A DNA stretch of 64,000 nucleotides from Negaprion brevirostris (Eukaryota), in NCBI GenBank assembly GCA_030324005.1, contig JARDVH010000099.1:51816436-51880435 (forward strand), written 5' to 3'. The position numbers were made by a program, and so were the translations under genes. A model generated the notes under the pieces. The model was not told the origin of the DNA and searched no databases. It saw only the letters and a list, made by a program, of their open reading frames with translations. Below are positions 1 to 14,114 of this stretch, piece after piece. Numbering within the stretch: the first letter of the stretch is position 1; each line of letters begins with the position of its first letter.

Positions 1-584
1 TATCTCTGAGCCCACTGCAATTTAGTGGTTGTTCAGGGATTAAATGGGAGACGCGCAACACTCCTTGGCCTCTCGAAGCCACTCTGTGGCCTCCCATGGG
101 GGTTTGACATTGTCAGCTACTCAGTACCTGATCAAGGGACTAGGTATCGGGATGTTAGGGCAAGTGCGAGTCAGCTGAATTCCACTCCCTGCCTTCGCCT
201 TCAAGCTCCCTGTTTCCGTCCTCTCCTGCGGCCTGTCCACAACCCGTATTCTGCCCTCACTCATCTTTGGACTGGCATCCCTCATTGATTCTAGGCCTCA
301 GGTGGGTGCATTACCACCAGCAGCAACTGCTTCCAATAGCACTGCCAGCAAAGCAGAGCTTCCAGCCTTTAAGCGGCAGCACCTGTTGATGGGTGGGACT
401 TCCAACCCCAGGATCTTCAATGCTGGGGAAGGCCTTATAGTGGCCATTTATACACTGGGCACTTAATTCAGTCAAGCCTCCTGAAGGAAAATCTGGTAGC
501 TGAGACCCCTGTCAGGTACACTAAATCCTGCCCATATATGCATATATAACATTTTTAGGGAGATCAAGCAGGAGTAGCCCATTA

Positions 585-766
585 TTGTTCATTTGGAAAC
601 AATGATGTGGAGATGCCAGCGTTGGACTGGGGTAAAAACAGAAGTCTCACAACACCAGTGAGAGTTAACTCCCACCCTTCTGACGAAGGAACAGCATGTT
701 CCGAAAGCTTGTGGCATTTGCTACAAGTAAATCTGTTGGACTTTGGGCTGGTGTTGTGAGACTTCT
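585..766. mobile_element. Penelope-like element terminal repeat in inverted arrangement
   Basis: ctgacgaagg..ccgaaagcttg..aaa(t/c)ctgttggacttt..ctggtgttgtgagactt motif; aagtctcacaacacca (~642-657) is inverted with tggtgttgtgagactt (~749-764). Confidence 0.6.
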
Positions 767-1764
767 TTCCACTTGGAAACAAGCCAGAGAAGTTATTTAC
801 AGTTTCAACCATTACGGTGACCACTTTTTACTGCTAGATTTTGAGTTACAACTTTGCTTCCCTTGATGCTTAAAAATTAGAACTGGAGTGAAATTCTGCA
901 AGCGTTCTCCCATTTGCCCATAGCAACTTCAACGCAGAGCTGTGAAAATCCAGGATAAGTAACGTAATCAGCATTTATATCACGTTTCTAGGGTTTCAGC
1001 ATCAATTTCGTTAGGTTATGACAGTAGAGTGGGAGAACGCCTGTGGAAATCTATCCCATGAGACACCAAGATAAACTACCATGACGTCAGTCTAGGGTAA
1101 TCCTTGAAATTGTAGCATGGGTGGTCAACCTTCCTTGTTAATAATTTGAGCTTTGGTGGGACAACATTGGACCTTATTTTGTCAGACTCATTTATGATCG
1201 AGCTGTTTAATTGCAGTAATGCCTTGGATTTATCGCAGAGAATTATGATGGCAGTATTTAGCAGGATGACCATAAGATTAATGACAACATGCTGTTGTAG
1301 TAGCCACAATTCACTTGCCTATGAAGCAGTTAGGCTTTCAAATGAAAATCATTAAGCAATGGGGATATAGCAGACACTGAGTCATTACTGCAATTGTCAC
1401 AACCATTTGTATAGACCATCTGAGCTAAATCATGCTTACCTTAATCATCTATAGTTATAACAAGCTAATAAAAAAATTGTGCAGTTTAGACTTTGTGGTT
1501 AACTACACTTTATTCATTACATTCACAAAGTCTTCACAGTTTTTTTCGACAGACTAATCCTTTTTTATTGAACACTCAAAGTAGATGGTGAAGGCCTATT
1601 ATGAAAAACACCAAAATTGAATGGGTTAAAAGTTAAGGATATCAGAAAGCAGGATATTGGTCTTAGCATGTAGCCTTGTGGGTTGCAGAACATCAAGTGC
1701 ATATACAAGTATGTTTTAAATATAATGAGGATTCCTGTCTCCACTAACCTTTCAGGCAGTGAGA

Positions 1765-2420
1765 TGCAGACTGGAAGTGCCTTCTGGATGAAAAACATTT
1801 CAACTCCTCTCTAACCCGTCTGTCAGTTACTTACATTGATGTCTCTCGGTTACTGACCTCTCTTCCGAGAGACACCAGTCCTTTATGTACACCCTATTTA
1901 AGCCACTCATGATCTTATACATTTCAGTCAAATTCCACTTAGCCTTCTCTGTTCCAATGAAAACAACCCCGTCCATCCAATCTCTGACAGTGTATAAAAT
2001 TCTCGTCTCCCGGTGACATCCTCATGAATTGCCTTGGTACCCTCTCTATTACATAAGAACATAAGAAGTAGGAGCAGGAGTAGGCCATGTAGCCCTTCGA
2101 GCCTGCCCCGCCATTCAATAAGATCATNNNNNNNNNNNNNNNNNNNNNNNNNNNNNNNNNNNNNNNNNNNNNNNNNNNNNNNNNNNNNNNNNNNNNNNNN
2201 NNNNNNNNNNNNNNNNNNNNNNNNNNNACAAGCCTAGCTTATTCAGCCTCTCCTCATAGCTCAACCCCCTCAACTCCGGTATTACATCATATCCTTCCTG
2301 TAATGCAATGACCAGAACTAAATGCTGTGCTCTCAATATTGGCTAGCTAGTTACATCACAACCTCCCTCCCGTCATCTTCTATGCTTTGGCTACTTTCAG
2401 GAATCTGTGAACATGCACCC
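1765..2420 (-). mobile_element. CR1 LINE 3' fragments (nested)
   Basis: Minus-strand IPELRGLSYEERLNKLGL; acataagaacataagaa tail of a nested copy at ~2051. Confidence 0.8.
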
Positions 2421-2869
2421 AAGGTCCTTCCAATCAAACAGTGTTAAGCATTTACTATATAAAAAATGGAATTCATACATTAAATTACAGCTGTAGGCTG
2501 GAGAATGTGAAATTTAATAGCAAAAGTCTGAAGGTTTACAACTTTTGAAAATAAAGATGTATGTACAGTTTGAATGACAAAATCTTCCCTGTTAAATAAC
2601 TTAAACAACTGGTAATCCAGATCAACAATTAAAGCGAAGCTCATAATAGCGTACTCCTGATAGAACTAATATCACATACAATCCACAGTAATCAACTACT
2701 CAATCCATCTTTATACAAATGATCAACTTATTACTGTTATAGAATCATAAAACATGTTTACAAGTGTAATGTCCCAGCTATATTAGGTGTTGTGGGTTTT
2801 AAACCAAAAAGAAAAGATGTGTGTGTGTGGGAGGGGGGTGATGGTGGGAGAGAGGGTGGAAACGATTTC

Positions 2870-3884
2870 TCCTTGCCTGTGAGCTGCTTTAGCAGTGCAT
2901 TGGGCCAGAAGATATCAGTGGGGGATGTTTAGCAGGCATTCCGCTGGGTTTCACATCCTCTGCGCGACTCCGGGCCCTGGATTTCCAGTGCGGGAATCGG
3001 TATGGACCTGACTTAAACATTAAGATCACAATTTCAATATCATTATCAGGCTGGGGACTAAGTCTCCAGGCCCACTAGCCCCCCAACCACCCTCTCCTCT
3101 ACCCCCACAGCTGGGAGTCGTTCACTCCAATGGGGTTTCAACTACCAATGGAGAGCTGCCAGCCCGACCCCAATGGAGTGAAGAGAGGCCATGGAGGTCC
3201 CCAAGGAGGTTGGGGGTAAGGGGGGGGGGGGTGCCCCCTGGGCATTATCAGTCTGGCAGCGCCAGCCTGACCCATGGCACTGCCCAGGGGCTAAATGGCA
3301 ATGCCCGAGGACCTTGGCACTGCCCACTGGCATCAGCCGATGGTTGAGGCCTATTGGGGGTGTGGCCTATGGGGGGGGCAGGAGGTCCACTCTGCACAGG
3401 GATCAATGGGAGAAGGGGGGTAAGGGGCCGATCAGGGTGGGAAGAAGAGCTGCCTGGGGAGGGGGATCAGAAAGATTGGGACTGCGGGGTGGGGGAGGGA
3501 ACATTAGGAGACAACGGGATAACCAATGATTGGAGGGGTGGGCATGGGGGGCACATGGCCAGCAATGGAGCGTTCCTGTGCTGACCAGCGATCAAGAGGC
3601 CAGCAGTGCAGGGCTATTGTGCATGCGTCAATCTCCACTATGACAGATCAGCACATGCACAGTGGCCCACCAAGCGCTATCCTGCTGGCCTCTCCAGCAG
3701 GGATAGGCCCAGTCCTCTGATTTTCAGTGTGAATCTCCCTGAGGAACTCCACGGTGCATAGAATGTGGGAAGTGCATAGAGTGTGGGAGACTCGTTTTGA
3801 AAATCCTGCTAAAACCACCAGTGGGAGTTACTCCTGTTTTTACGCAAATTCAACAGCTAGAATTTTTTGGGAGAATCCCAGCCA
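2870..3884 (+). repeat. GC-rich interspersed repeat (non-autonomous DNA-transposon-like)
   Basis: Rich in ggcac/tgcc motifs, ends gggagaatcccagcc. Clearly related copies at ~19092-19760 (-) and ~53717-54700. Confidence 0.7.
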
Positions 3885-6089
3885 TGTGTTGCACATGTAG
3901 ATTCAAACTAATAACAACAGATTTATTTCAGGAGCTATTGCCTGTACAGAGTAGAAACTGAAACTAAAAGCAAGAACCTGTGAAAAACTCTAATGACGTC
4001 AGTATTACATCACATGACCGGCTCTTAAAGCAATTACGAAATCATTGAAATAAATACCATCCCTCCCCCTTTAATTTTGTGGTCATGACAACAAATTACT
4101 ACAATGTTATACATTGGATCAATAATATTCTATACACAGTACAAGTCACCATCAGTCATTCATTATACACAATCACTAAGAAAGTCGATCTGGAGAACAT
4201 CGATTCCTCTTTGGTTGAAGGTGATGTTCTGCAATTTGGCTTCTCTTGACCCTCGAAGTTTGACCTGAAACTTCAGCAGACAATTCTTCTCTTGGTGCTA
4301 TTCTTGCATCATTCTCACATGGTATATTCGCACAGACGCAAACATCAGGCAACTCTGAATTAACTAAGTCTCCAGTAGTAATATTCACAATACTCGGGAC
4401 TACAGAAGTTGTAATTCTGGAGATGATTCTGAGAAATCATTCTGTGATGACAACAATTGGTCAGCATGGAAAATTATACAAAGGCTTCAATAATGTAGCG
4501 AAGTTCAGAACAACTTTGCCATGATAACTTACAAATCCTAGAAAGGACCTCAATTGCGTTGCATTTGTCGGATATAGTGCTCACTAGGTGCCTTTTGAAT
4601 GTTGCAAATGGTTGAAATGGTTCCAATCTTTTTAGGTGCTTCATGTGAGCCTTTATTATCACCATCATGACCCAAATACTGGATTGAATCTGGAAAAAGT
4701 CACACTTCTCCTTCTTGATATGCAGACCATGCACCTTAAGATGTTCCAATGTTGCTTCTAAATTATGCATGTGCTTTTGTTCACTGGACCCCGTAATTAG
4801 GATATAATCCAGGTAACATTGTACACCAGAGAGACCACTTAAAATCAGATCATCAATCTTTGGAATAGGTCTGGTGCAGATGTTATTCCAGTAGACAATG
4901 TAGTGGGAGTAGTAGTAGGAGTAACAATGGTAAGCAATGGTTGAAGTTTAGCACCTACAATCATTTGTAAATGTGTGGAACATCAATATTACTGAATTTC
5001 TGCCCACCTGATGACTGAGCAAATAACCTTTCAAATTAAAAAAAGAAAATATTAATCAGCACATAGATTTATGGTTGTTTTAAGATCACCACAAATATGA
5101 ACTGAAAAATTTGGTTTTGTGAAATGATGGGGGTAGCCCAGCCATTCATTGTAACACCAGTGAACTGCACCTGGCACCAGCTCTTGCTTTGAGACCTTTG
5201 TTTGTCTATTCGGCTCTATCTTGAGTTTCATTTGAATTCCCTTCACTGAGCTAAGTGTCTCTTCAAATACACTCTTCTATTTATCCAGAAGGTGCTGTAG
5301 CTCTGTTCTGGCATCAACCAATCTGTTGACAGCACTCCAGTTAATCTTCATCTTCTCCAATCATGGCTTTTCAACAAGGGCTAGAAAATTATCATGGATC
5401 TCATGAAAAGGCAACTCCACTGTTTGTCCACTTAACCTTACACTAACCATGATGTAATCTTTTAATGGTACAATTTCTTCCCTGTATGTCCTTAAGAGCA
5501 CACCAGTTGGTTTAAAGGAAGATGCTTCAGCTTTTGCTGGTATGTAGTCCCAGAACTTAAAAGGTACAGTAGCACTAGCATCAATCTCCATCGTAATAGA
5601 TTGTCCACACAACTTCAGAATCACCCAGAATCTATGTAATTCACCTTCTATGGATAAGACTGTTCAGAGTATTTCTGGACATTCTCTTCTTCAGAATCAT
5701 AATTTTTTTCTTCTATGTTGTAAATTCTTTTTGTAGAATGTAACTTGTTCTTCTCCTTGAAGATACCCAGATTCTTCTTCTGAATATTNNNNNNNNNNNN
5801 NNNNNNNNNNNNNNNNNNNNNNNNNNNNNNNNNNNNNNNNNNNNNNNNNNNNNNNNNNNNNNNNNNNNNNNNNNNNNNNNNNNNNNNNNNNNNNNNNNNN
5901 NNNNNNNNNNNNNNNNNNNNNNNNNNNNNNNNNNNNNNNNNNNNNNNNNNNNNNNNNNNNNNNNNNNNNNNNNNNNNNNNNNNNNNNNNNNNNNNNNNNN
6001 NNNNNNNNNNNNNNNNNNNNNNNNNNNNNNNNNNNNNNNNNNNNNNNNNNNNNNNNNNNNNNNNNNNNNNNNNNNNNNNNNNNNNNNNG

Positions 6090-6672
6090 GGACCACAAGA
6101 GCAGGTCAAAAGATAGGAAGACTGCAGCAAGCAACTCACCTCCTTACTTCCCAAAGTCTGTCCACCATCTACAAAGCACAAGTCAGGAGTATGATAGACT
6201 TATGTATGATCCACTTGCCTGAATGGATGCAGCTCCAATGACACTCAAGAAGCTTGACACTACCCAGGACAAAGAATCCCACTTGATTGGCACCATATCC
6301 ACAAAAATCTATTCCCTTGCTGATGCTCAGTAGCAGCAGTATGACTGCAGAAATTCATCAAAGATCCTTAGACAGCATGTCCCAAATCTATGACCACCTC
6401 CTTCTACAAGGACAAAAGCAACAGATATATGGGAACATCTCCAACTGCAAGTTCCCTTCCAAGCCTGGCTTCGAAATAGATCACCGTTCCTTTGCAATCA
6501 CTGGGTCAAAATCCTGAATTTCCTCCCTAATGGCTTTGCGAGTCAACCCACAGTGCATGGACTGCAACGTTTCAAGAAGGCAGCTCACCACCACCTTCTG
6601 AAGGGCAAATAGGGACAGGCAATAAATGTCAGCCAGCCGGCGAAGACTACGTCTCATGATTGAATTTTTTTA
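6090..6672 (+). mobile_element. CR1-clade LINE 3' end
   Basis: STIYKAQVRS..TLKKLDTTQDK-like coding end plus the family 3' UTR (..caataaatg..gccag..catgattgaat), also at ~34880-35168 and ~61800-62345. Confidence 0.75.
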
Positions 6673-6679
6673 TTAAATG

Positions 6680-8180
6680 ATCTCAGAGTATGTTCTAATG
6701 ATTCACCAAACACACAATTTTGGGCCAGCCTTTCCATGATTGCCACAATCTAAGCAATGCTTTCGCCTTCTACTTGATTCCTTTGGTAGAACCTGAACCA
6801 TTCTGCAATGAATTGTGGTTTGGAGAGTAATGTTCTTCAAGTATCTTTGTCAAGACATCATAAGTTTTAGTTCCTGGCTTTGCTTGGATGAACCAGGCTC
6901 TGGAGCAAATTGAAGGTTTTACTTCCTATTGTATTGAGAAAAGCTGGAACGGACAGCTTACCTGCAACTTTATTCACTTATACAAAGTGTTAAAAATGCT
7001 TTGCATAAAACTCCTCAATTCATTTCCTTCATGGAAAGGACCCATCATTTCACATGCACGCACCAGCAACTCAAGACTGCTCAGTACTTTTTTTTAACCA
7101 TTTTCCCAGCATTCCACTATTTGTCCTGGAGACCATTGACTTAATTTTTTGATTTCAGCCCCAGCTGTACAGCAGAGCACGCCTTCCTTTCAAATTTGTT
7201 AGATACTGTCTGGAATCACCTTCCCCTGATTGGAAAACCTCCTCTTTGAACCACATTGAATTCTATTTTCTTTCTCAGTCTTCCTCCTTTGGCAGTTCAA
7301 TTTTGAATCCAGTTGTTGAGTTTCCCCAGCCGTCTAATAACTGAAGAGTGAAGACCCACAATGTTTTGTCTACTTAGAATCTTTCCTTGATGAAACAAAA
7401 TCCTGACTGATAGCTATCTTAATGGTTGTAGATTTTAATCAAAAAGGAAAGATTGTGATTTTTACACAGGCATTCCGTTCAAACCCAGGCAGGAAACTCC
7501 AAGGTGTTTCATGAAGATAGTCTGGATCTAAGTTTTTATGTTTGAAGCATACAGGAGAGCGTAAGGTGCTTCACTCCAACTATGATTCAAGTGACTCATA
7601 AGGAAGCTTTTAGCAAAGATTATTCAAATACACATCTAAAATATAACAAAAAGATTTAGCATAACTTTTACAAGACTCAAACATGATATAATATAAACCT
7701 GAAGAACTAGTTATCTATGATGTTTCAAGTCATACAACATCCCACAAACATGCACCCCTTTCTAAACTTGGCACAAAAAACAAGAATGTTTACGTGATGC
7801 TGGATTTTGCAGTTTTTTTAACACCTTCTGTCAACTGGTCCTTTGAATGTTGGTTTAAAACTCTGAGGCTTCTCAGTCCTGGAACTTTGCAAAAAGCCTC
7901 TCAAGAGAAAGGGACACTGCCTGTTTTCGCCAGTTTCTAACAGCAACTCAGAGGCAACAGAGTTTCTAACTCCAGACAGAGAAGAAAACAAGGCACACTG
8001 CTTTTTGTCTCAAGTCCAAATAGCATCTGAGAAAAATGGCATTAAAACTTGGACTTTTCTGTGGAAAAAACTATCCCCGGCATCAGCTGAACTGTCAATC
8101 ATACTCCATCTAGCAATTCCAAAAGGATCATAAAACCCCAGCACCCTGCATTAGGCCAGATTAAAAATAAACATGGGGTG
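6680..8180 (-). mobile_element. Second Gypsy-like fragment with LTR-like segment (~7427-8180)
   Basis: The LTR-like segment resembles the reverse complement of 9991-10748 and 59060-59700; adjacent degraded internal sequence. Confidence 0.5.
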
Positions 8181-9669
8181 GGATTTTATGGCTTCATTCC
8201 AAAACCATAAAATCCTGCCCAAGGTCAACGGGCCTTTCCATTGTCCACAGCTCGCCTGGCCTGATTCCTGTGATGGGTAGAGTGGTAAAATTCCAGCCTT
8301 GATGTCCATTATATGGCTTCAATAACAATTAGAGAACACAGGCTACAGACAAAATGGTGCCAGAATAAAATGCTAGAAGCTGCTTGAAAAACCTGCAAAG
8401 AAACATTATTAAAATACATTTCGTAAAGCACTGTATCATCACAATTCAAACTAACAACAAGATTTATTTTACGAGCTGTCGCCTGTATAGAGTAGAAACG
8501 GAAACTAAAAGCACAAACCGATGAAATATGTTTACAACAGCACCTTTCAATCATGTGATCAGCTCTTAAAGCAATCATGCAGCCACTTAAATGTATAACA
8601 ATAAGGCGCAGGTTGATGATTTTGTTGCACTTCAGGCACAGAAGAAACTTCAGCCATGGTTGATGTCTCCCAATAGCTTGTCAGTCCAATACATGCTCTT
8701 TCTTGCCCTACTTAGCATAGGCATAAATAAAAAATCCCCAAGACATGAGCCGGGGGGCTGTCACTGTCACATAATTCATAATGTTTTCTTACAATCCATT
8801 TGTAGCATCAACTGCAAATGAGAAAACCTAACCTTCACATAAAATCAAGTGGCAGGAGCATTTGAGAAATTGAGGCTGAATGTAGAATAGTTTTATATAA
8901 CTACACTACATGTAGATGGTGGGTGGGGGAATTTTCCACTCCCATTTTCAGGGTGTAGGTTTGGTAGCAGGGACAAGAAGTCCCACTGAAGTCCCAAAAC
9001 ACGATTTACGTCAGTGGGGTTTCTCGCTTCGATAATCCAGCCAGCTAATGATGCAACGGAATACATTTAAATGAAATTATCAGGTCTTTAAGTCAGACAG
9101 TTCCCCTCCCTGTTAGTGTTAACAATTCACCTTACTAATTTACGTCAGTGCACTGGTGAGTAGAACACACCAGAGGAATTCAGGTGAATGCTTGGCTCAG
9201 GAGGGTGAGGGTCATGGCCTGGTACTACCCTGGTAGTGGAGTGCTGCGGGGAGTTCCGTGGGTGGGGGTGTGTTCAAAAGGACCCTTGGGGGAGGCGGGG
9301 GGAGTGTTCTATCTTTGATCTTTTGTATTGGGATGCCATTTAAAAATGGTACCCTGGCCTTTTAGAGTCAAAGTTGCTGGTACAGCATGCTCAGCCAGTG
9401 TAATGCTATGGGCCCTACACCTTGGAATTTTTTTCTATGTTACTAACAATACAGGTGAGAAAGCTGCTGTTGGGGTCAGTGGCTACCACATTGCTTTTCC
9501 CACCTGCCACCACACTCTGGAAAATGAAGATATTCCATTCTCAATATGCTGAGAACTTCTTAAACTGTATTCTTAAAGATTCTTAATTAAATATCTAGCT
9601 GAAGTAACAGAGGTCTAACTAATCTTTATACAGTTTCATATGTGATTAATGTTGCCTCTTCCTAAACTT

Positions 9670-12600
9670 CCAAGTGTACTGAAAAATAGGACTGCTTTGC
9701 CATTCATTATAATCATGGCTGAAAATCCAACTCAGTAACCTATTTCCGTTTTCCTCCCACATCCCTTTAGCCCCAAGGGCTTTATCTAACTCCTTCCAGA
9801 AAACATATAACAATATTTTGGCCTCAACTGCGTTCTGTGGCATAAAATTCCACAGGCTCGCTAGTCTCTGGGTGAAGACATTTATCCTCACCTCCGTTTG
9901 GTTTACTCTGTATTCTTAGATTATAAGCCTGGTTCTGTATCCTCCCGCCATCAGAAACACCCTGCCTCCACTGTCTAGTCCTGTTAGAATTGTGATGCTA
10001 ATGTCCTTTTAAGAAAGTTTTTTTCTCAAAAATATGGTTTCTTAGCTCACAGCTTCAGTGATGTCATTCTTGTTGTCACACTGATTACGATGAGTCCATT
10101 TATTGCTACTTCAATAGCTTAAACGGGGGTTGTTAATGTTTACTCTGGGATTAGCTTTACGATTCTGCATTGTTCAGAGAAAAGGTCACATGTTTTTGGA
10201 CAAATTTTTTTTTTCCCAGTGAGTTTAAGGTTTCAGTTTTGAGAATTCTGAGGCTGCAGTTTAGTTTTTAGATTTAGCAGAGGCATCAAGCAAGAAAGAA
10301 GCTGAAGTCTCCATCTCTGTCTCCTTGTTCTGGTTGCTGCTTATCTCAAGGCAATGTTTTGCCTTCCAGAAGGAAGGTGCAGCCTTTAAAAAGACTCAAT
10401 TTCAGTCAAATGAGATTTTAATCTATACTGTGTTAAGCCTGTGAAAAGAGTTTTGTCCATGAAAAGGTCTTGGTTTGTTGGAACAGCTTTAATATTCAAT
10501 TAAGGGTTAATACATTATTGTGGTTCTTTTTTTTGTTTGTAATGGTTAAAAGGTGTTGCTAATTTTCTTTCTATACATGTTAACTATATTTTTTAAATAA
10601 ACTTTGTTCGATAAAATTTCTCTCGAGGGTTGATAAATCAGACCTGAGGTGAAACATATCATTCTCATCGTAGTCAAATTCAAGGCGCAAAACTTATGGT
10701 TCAGGCGGGCTTCATAAAATACTTTGGATCTTCTGTCTTGATTCATATTGGAATTTTATAGGTTTCTATGAGATCCCACAGACCGCTCCCCCCCAATTCT
10801 TCTGAACTCCAGTGAATATAATGCAAGGCAATTCAATCTCTCCTCATATATCAGTCCTGCATTCCTAGAATCAATCTGGTAAATCTTCTCTGCACTCCAT
10901 CTAAAGCAAGAACTGCATACAATATTTCAGGTGTGGCCTCACCAAGACCCTGTAATGTTGCATGATGACTTCCTTGCTCCTGTATTCAAATAAATCCTCT
11001 TTCTATGAAGGCCAATGTACCATTTGCTATTTTTACTATCTGCTCACCTGAACAAAGAACAACACAACNNNNNNNNNNNNNNNNNNNNNNNNNNNGCCCG
11101 CGCTGCCATTTTAACATTGTGGGTCCCCTCTTCCACCCATGACCTGCATGCTTATCTTCAGTGACTGTTGTACACGAGGACACCAAGGTCTCATTGTACA
11201 TTTCCCTCTCCTAATTTATAGCCAGATAGTAGTCTATCTTCCTATTTTTGCTACCAAAGTGGATAACTTCACACTTATCCAAATTATACTGACCTGCCAT
11301 TCATTTGCCCCACTCTCTCACCTTGTCCAAATCACACTGAAGGATCTCTGTATCTTACTCACAGCACACCCTCCCACCCAACTNNNNNNCATCTGCAAAT
11401 TTGATGATATTACTTTTATTACCCTCATCTAAATTATTAGCATACAGAGTGAATAGCTAGGGTCCAGCAGTGATTCCTGTAGTACCCCACCAGTCACTGC
11501 CTGCCATTTGGAAAAAGATCCATTTATTCCTACTCTTTCTTTCCAGTCTGCCAACCAGTTTTCTATCCATCTAAGTACACTACCCAAATCCCCTGTGCTT
11601 TAATGTTACACACTAATCTTCTTTGTAGGACTTCGTCAACAGCCATCTGAAAGTCCAAATAAACCACATCCAGTGGCTCCTCCTCATCAACTCTACTTGT
11701 TACATCCCAAAAGAATTCTAGTAGATTTCCCAAGCATGATTTCCCATTCATGTAGCCATGTTGACTCTGTGCAATCCTGTTGCTGTTTTCCAAGTGGTTT
11801 TCTATAAAATCTTTAATAATGGATTCTAGCATTTTCCCCACTACTGACATCAGGCTTACAGGTCTATAATTCCCTGTTTTCTCTCTACCGCCCTTTTTAA
11901 ACACTGGGATTACATTTGCTGAGCTCCAGTCTGTAGAAACTGTTCCACAATCACCACCAATGCAATTAGTAAGGCCATTTCCTTAAATACTTTGTGATAT
12001 AGATTATCAGGCCCTGGGGATTTATCGGACTGCTATTCCCATCAATTTCCCCAACACCATTTCCCTACTAATACTGATTTCCTTCAATTCCCCCTCTGAC
12101 TAAACCCCATGTTCCCCAACATTTCTGGTATGTTATTTGTATCCTTCTTTGTGATGACAGAAACAAAGTATGTATTTCGTTGGTCAGTCATTTCTTTGTT
12201 CCCCATTATAAATTTACTTAATTCTGATTATAAAGGACCTAAATTTATTATTGTCAATTATTTTCTCTTCACTGACAGAAACGTTTACAGTTAATATTTA
12301 TGTTCCCCACGAGCTTACTATCGCACTCTATTTTCTCCTTCTTAATCAATCCTTTTGTCCTCTTTTGCTGAATTCTAAACTGCTCCAAATCCCCCGATCT
12401 TTTTCCATATGACCTATATGTATGCCTCTTCCTGGGATCTAATACTATTTTTAATTTCCAAGGTAAACCTCAGTTTGGCTATCTTTCTGGTTTTAATTTT
12501 GCTTCAGACAGGATTGAACAATTGTCACCATTCATCCTTGCGCCTGTTGAATGTTTGCCATTGCATATCCATCGTCATCCCTTTAAGTAACATTCCGCAA

Positions 12601-13555
12601 TCCACAAAACCAACTCGTGCCTCAGAGCATCACAATTTCCTTTACTTAGATTCAGGACCCTAGTCTCAGAATCAACTATATTACTTTCTGCCTTGATGAA
12701 AAATTCAATCATATTATGGTTATTCATCCCCAAAGGCTTTGCATAATTAGATTGCCAATGAATCGTTTCTCATTGCACAATACTTTGTCTTGTTTTCTAG
12801 TTAGTTCCTCAATGTATTGATCAAGAAAACCATCCTACTCCAGGAATTCCTCCTCTATGGCATTGTTATTAATTTGATTTGCCAAATCCATTTGCAATTT
12901 AACTCACTCATAAATTGCAGATATTCCTTTACCTCACGTGTTTCTAATTTCCTGTCTAATGCCATTCCCAGCATCACCACCACAGTTTGGGGAAGGGATC
13001 TATATAAAATCCCCATTCATTTATTTTGCCCCTTTGTGTTTCTCAACTCTATTCATACAGATTCCTTATCATTGGAGCTAAATCCTTCCTCACTATTGTG
13101 TTAATTTAATTTTTAACCAACACAGCAAATCCATCACCTTTTCCTTTTTGTCTGTCCTTTGTAAATATGGAATACCTCTGGATGTTCAGTTCTCATCACT
13201 GGTCACCCTGCAGCCATGCCTCCTAATGCTAACCAGACCATAGCCGTTTACATCTATTTGCATGATTAATTCAACTATGTCATTACGAATGTTCCATACA
13301 TTAAGCACAAGCCTGAAGCCTTGTCTTTTTAACATTATTTGTCCTTTTCCCATTGTTTCTCACTGTGGTCCTGTTTGATTCTGGACCTTGATTTCTCTAT
13401 CACTTTTCTTATCGCCTTTTCTGTCTTTTGTTCTTGTCCATGTTTTCCACTCCTCTGACTCCTTGCATAGGTTCCCTTCACCTCACTGCCATTTTAGTTC
13501 AAACCACTGCCAACCATTCTTGCAAATATTCACTTAGAACATCACCCCCAGTCCA
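9670..13555 (-). mobile_element. Long CR1 LINE (endonuclease-RT ORF2 relic) with solo-LTR-like insertion at ~9991-10748
   Basis: FKKGGREKTGNYRPVSLMSVVGKMLESII..QHGYMNGKSCLGNLLEFF..DVVYLDFQ (11563-11904); KIANGTLAFIERG; RINVFTQRLASLWN. CR1 sequence resumes after the TG-starting insert. Confidence 0.9.
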
Positions 13556-13849
13556 ANNNNNNNNNNNNNNNNNNNNNNNNNNNNNNNNNNNNNNNNNNNN
13601 NNNNNNNNNNNNNNNNNNNNNNNNNNNNNNNNNNNNNNNNNNNNNNNNNNNNNNNNNNNNNNNNNNNNNNNNNNNNNNNNNNNNNNNNNNNNNNNNNNNN
13701 NNNNNNNNNNNNNNNNNNNNNNNNNNNNNNNNNNNNNNNNNNNNNNNNNNNNNNNNNNNNNNNNNNNNNNNNNNNNNNNNNNNNNNNNNNNNNNNNNNNN
13801 NNNNNNNNNNNNNNNNNNNNNNNNNNNNNNNNNNNNNNNNNNNNNNNNN

Positions 13850-14105
13850 AGCACTGCTGCATCACAGCGCCCATGAGCCGGGAATGATTCCTGGCTTGGG
13901 TCATTGCCTGTGAGAAGTTTGCATGTTCTCCCTGTGTCTGCGTGGGTTTCCTCTGAGTGCTCCAGTTTCCTCCCACAGACAGAAAAACATTCTGGTTCAA
14001 TGCACTGGCCATGCTAAATTCTCCCTCAGTGTACCCAAACAGGCACCAGAGTGTGGCGATTAGGGGATTCTTCATAGTAACTTAATTGTAATGTTAATAT
14101 AAGCC
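13850..14105 (+). mobile_element. HE1-type tRNA-derived SINE
   Basis: agcactgctgc..tcacagcgcc; tttgcatgttctccc.gtgtctgcgtgggtttcctc..tgctcc.gtttcctcccaca V-domain core. Confidence 0.85.
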
Positions 14106-14114
14106 CTTTACTTT

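Larger units (their letters stand above)
3887..8600 (-). mobile_element. Degenerate Ty3/Gypsy LTR retrotransposon with both LTRs, containing nested insertions
   Basis: Two related ~170-bp LTRs (3887-4059 and 8432-8600, sharing attcaaactaa..gatttattt..gcctgta.agagtagaaac.gaaactaaaagc..gctcttaaagcaat). Polypurine tract at 4060-4070. Minus-strand protease-like (ITMEIDASA), RT-like (HICGDLKTTIN; YLDYIL..HNLEATLEHLKVHGLHIKKEKCDFF) fragments. Confidence 0.85.

Noticed and set aside
5648-6181. Long ORFs in the track spanning N-runs
   Set aside because: Their length is an artefact of X residues.
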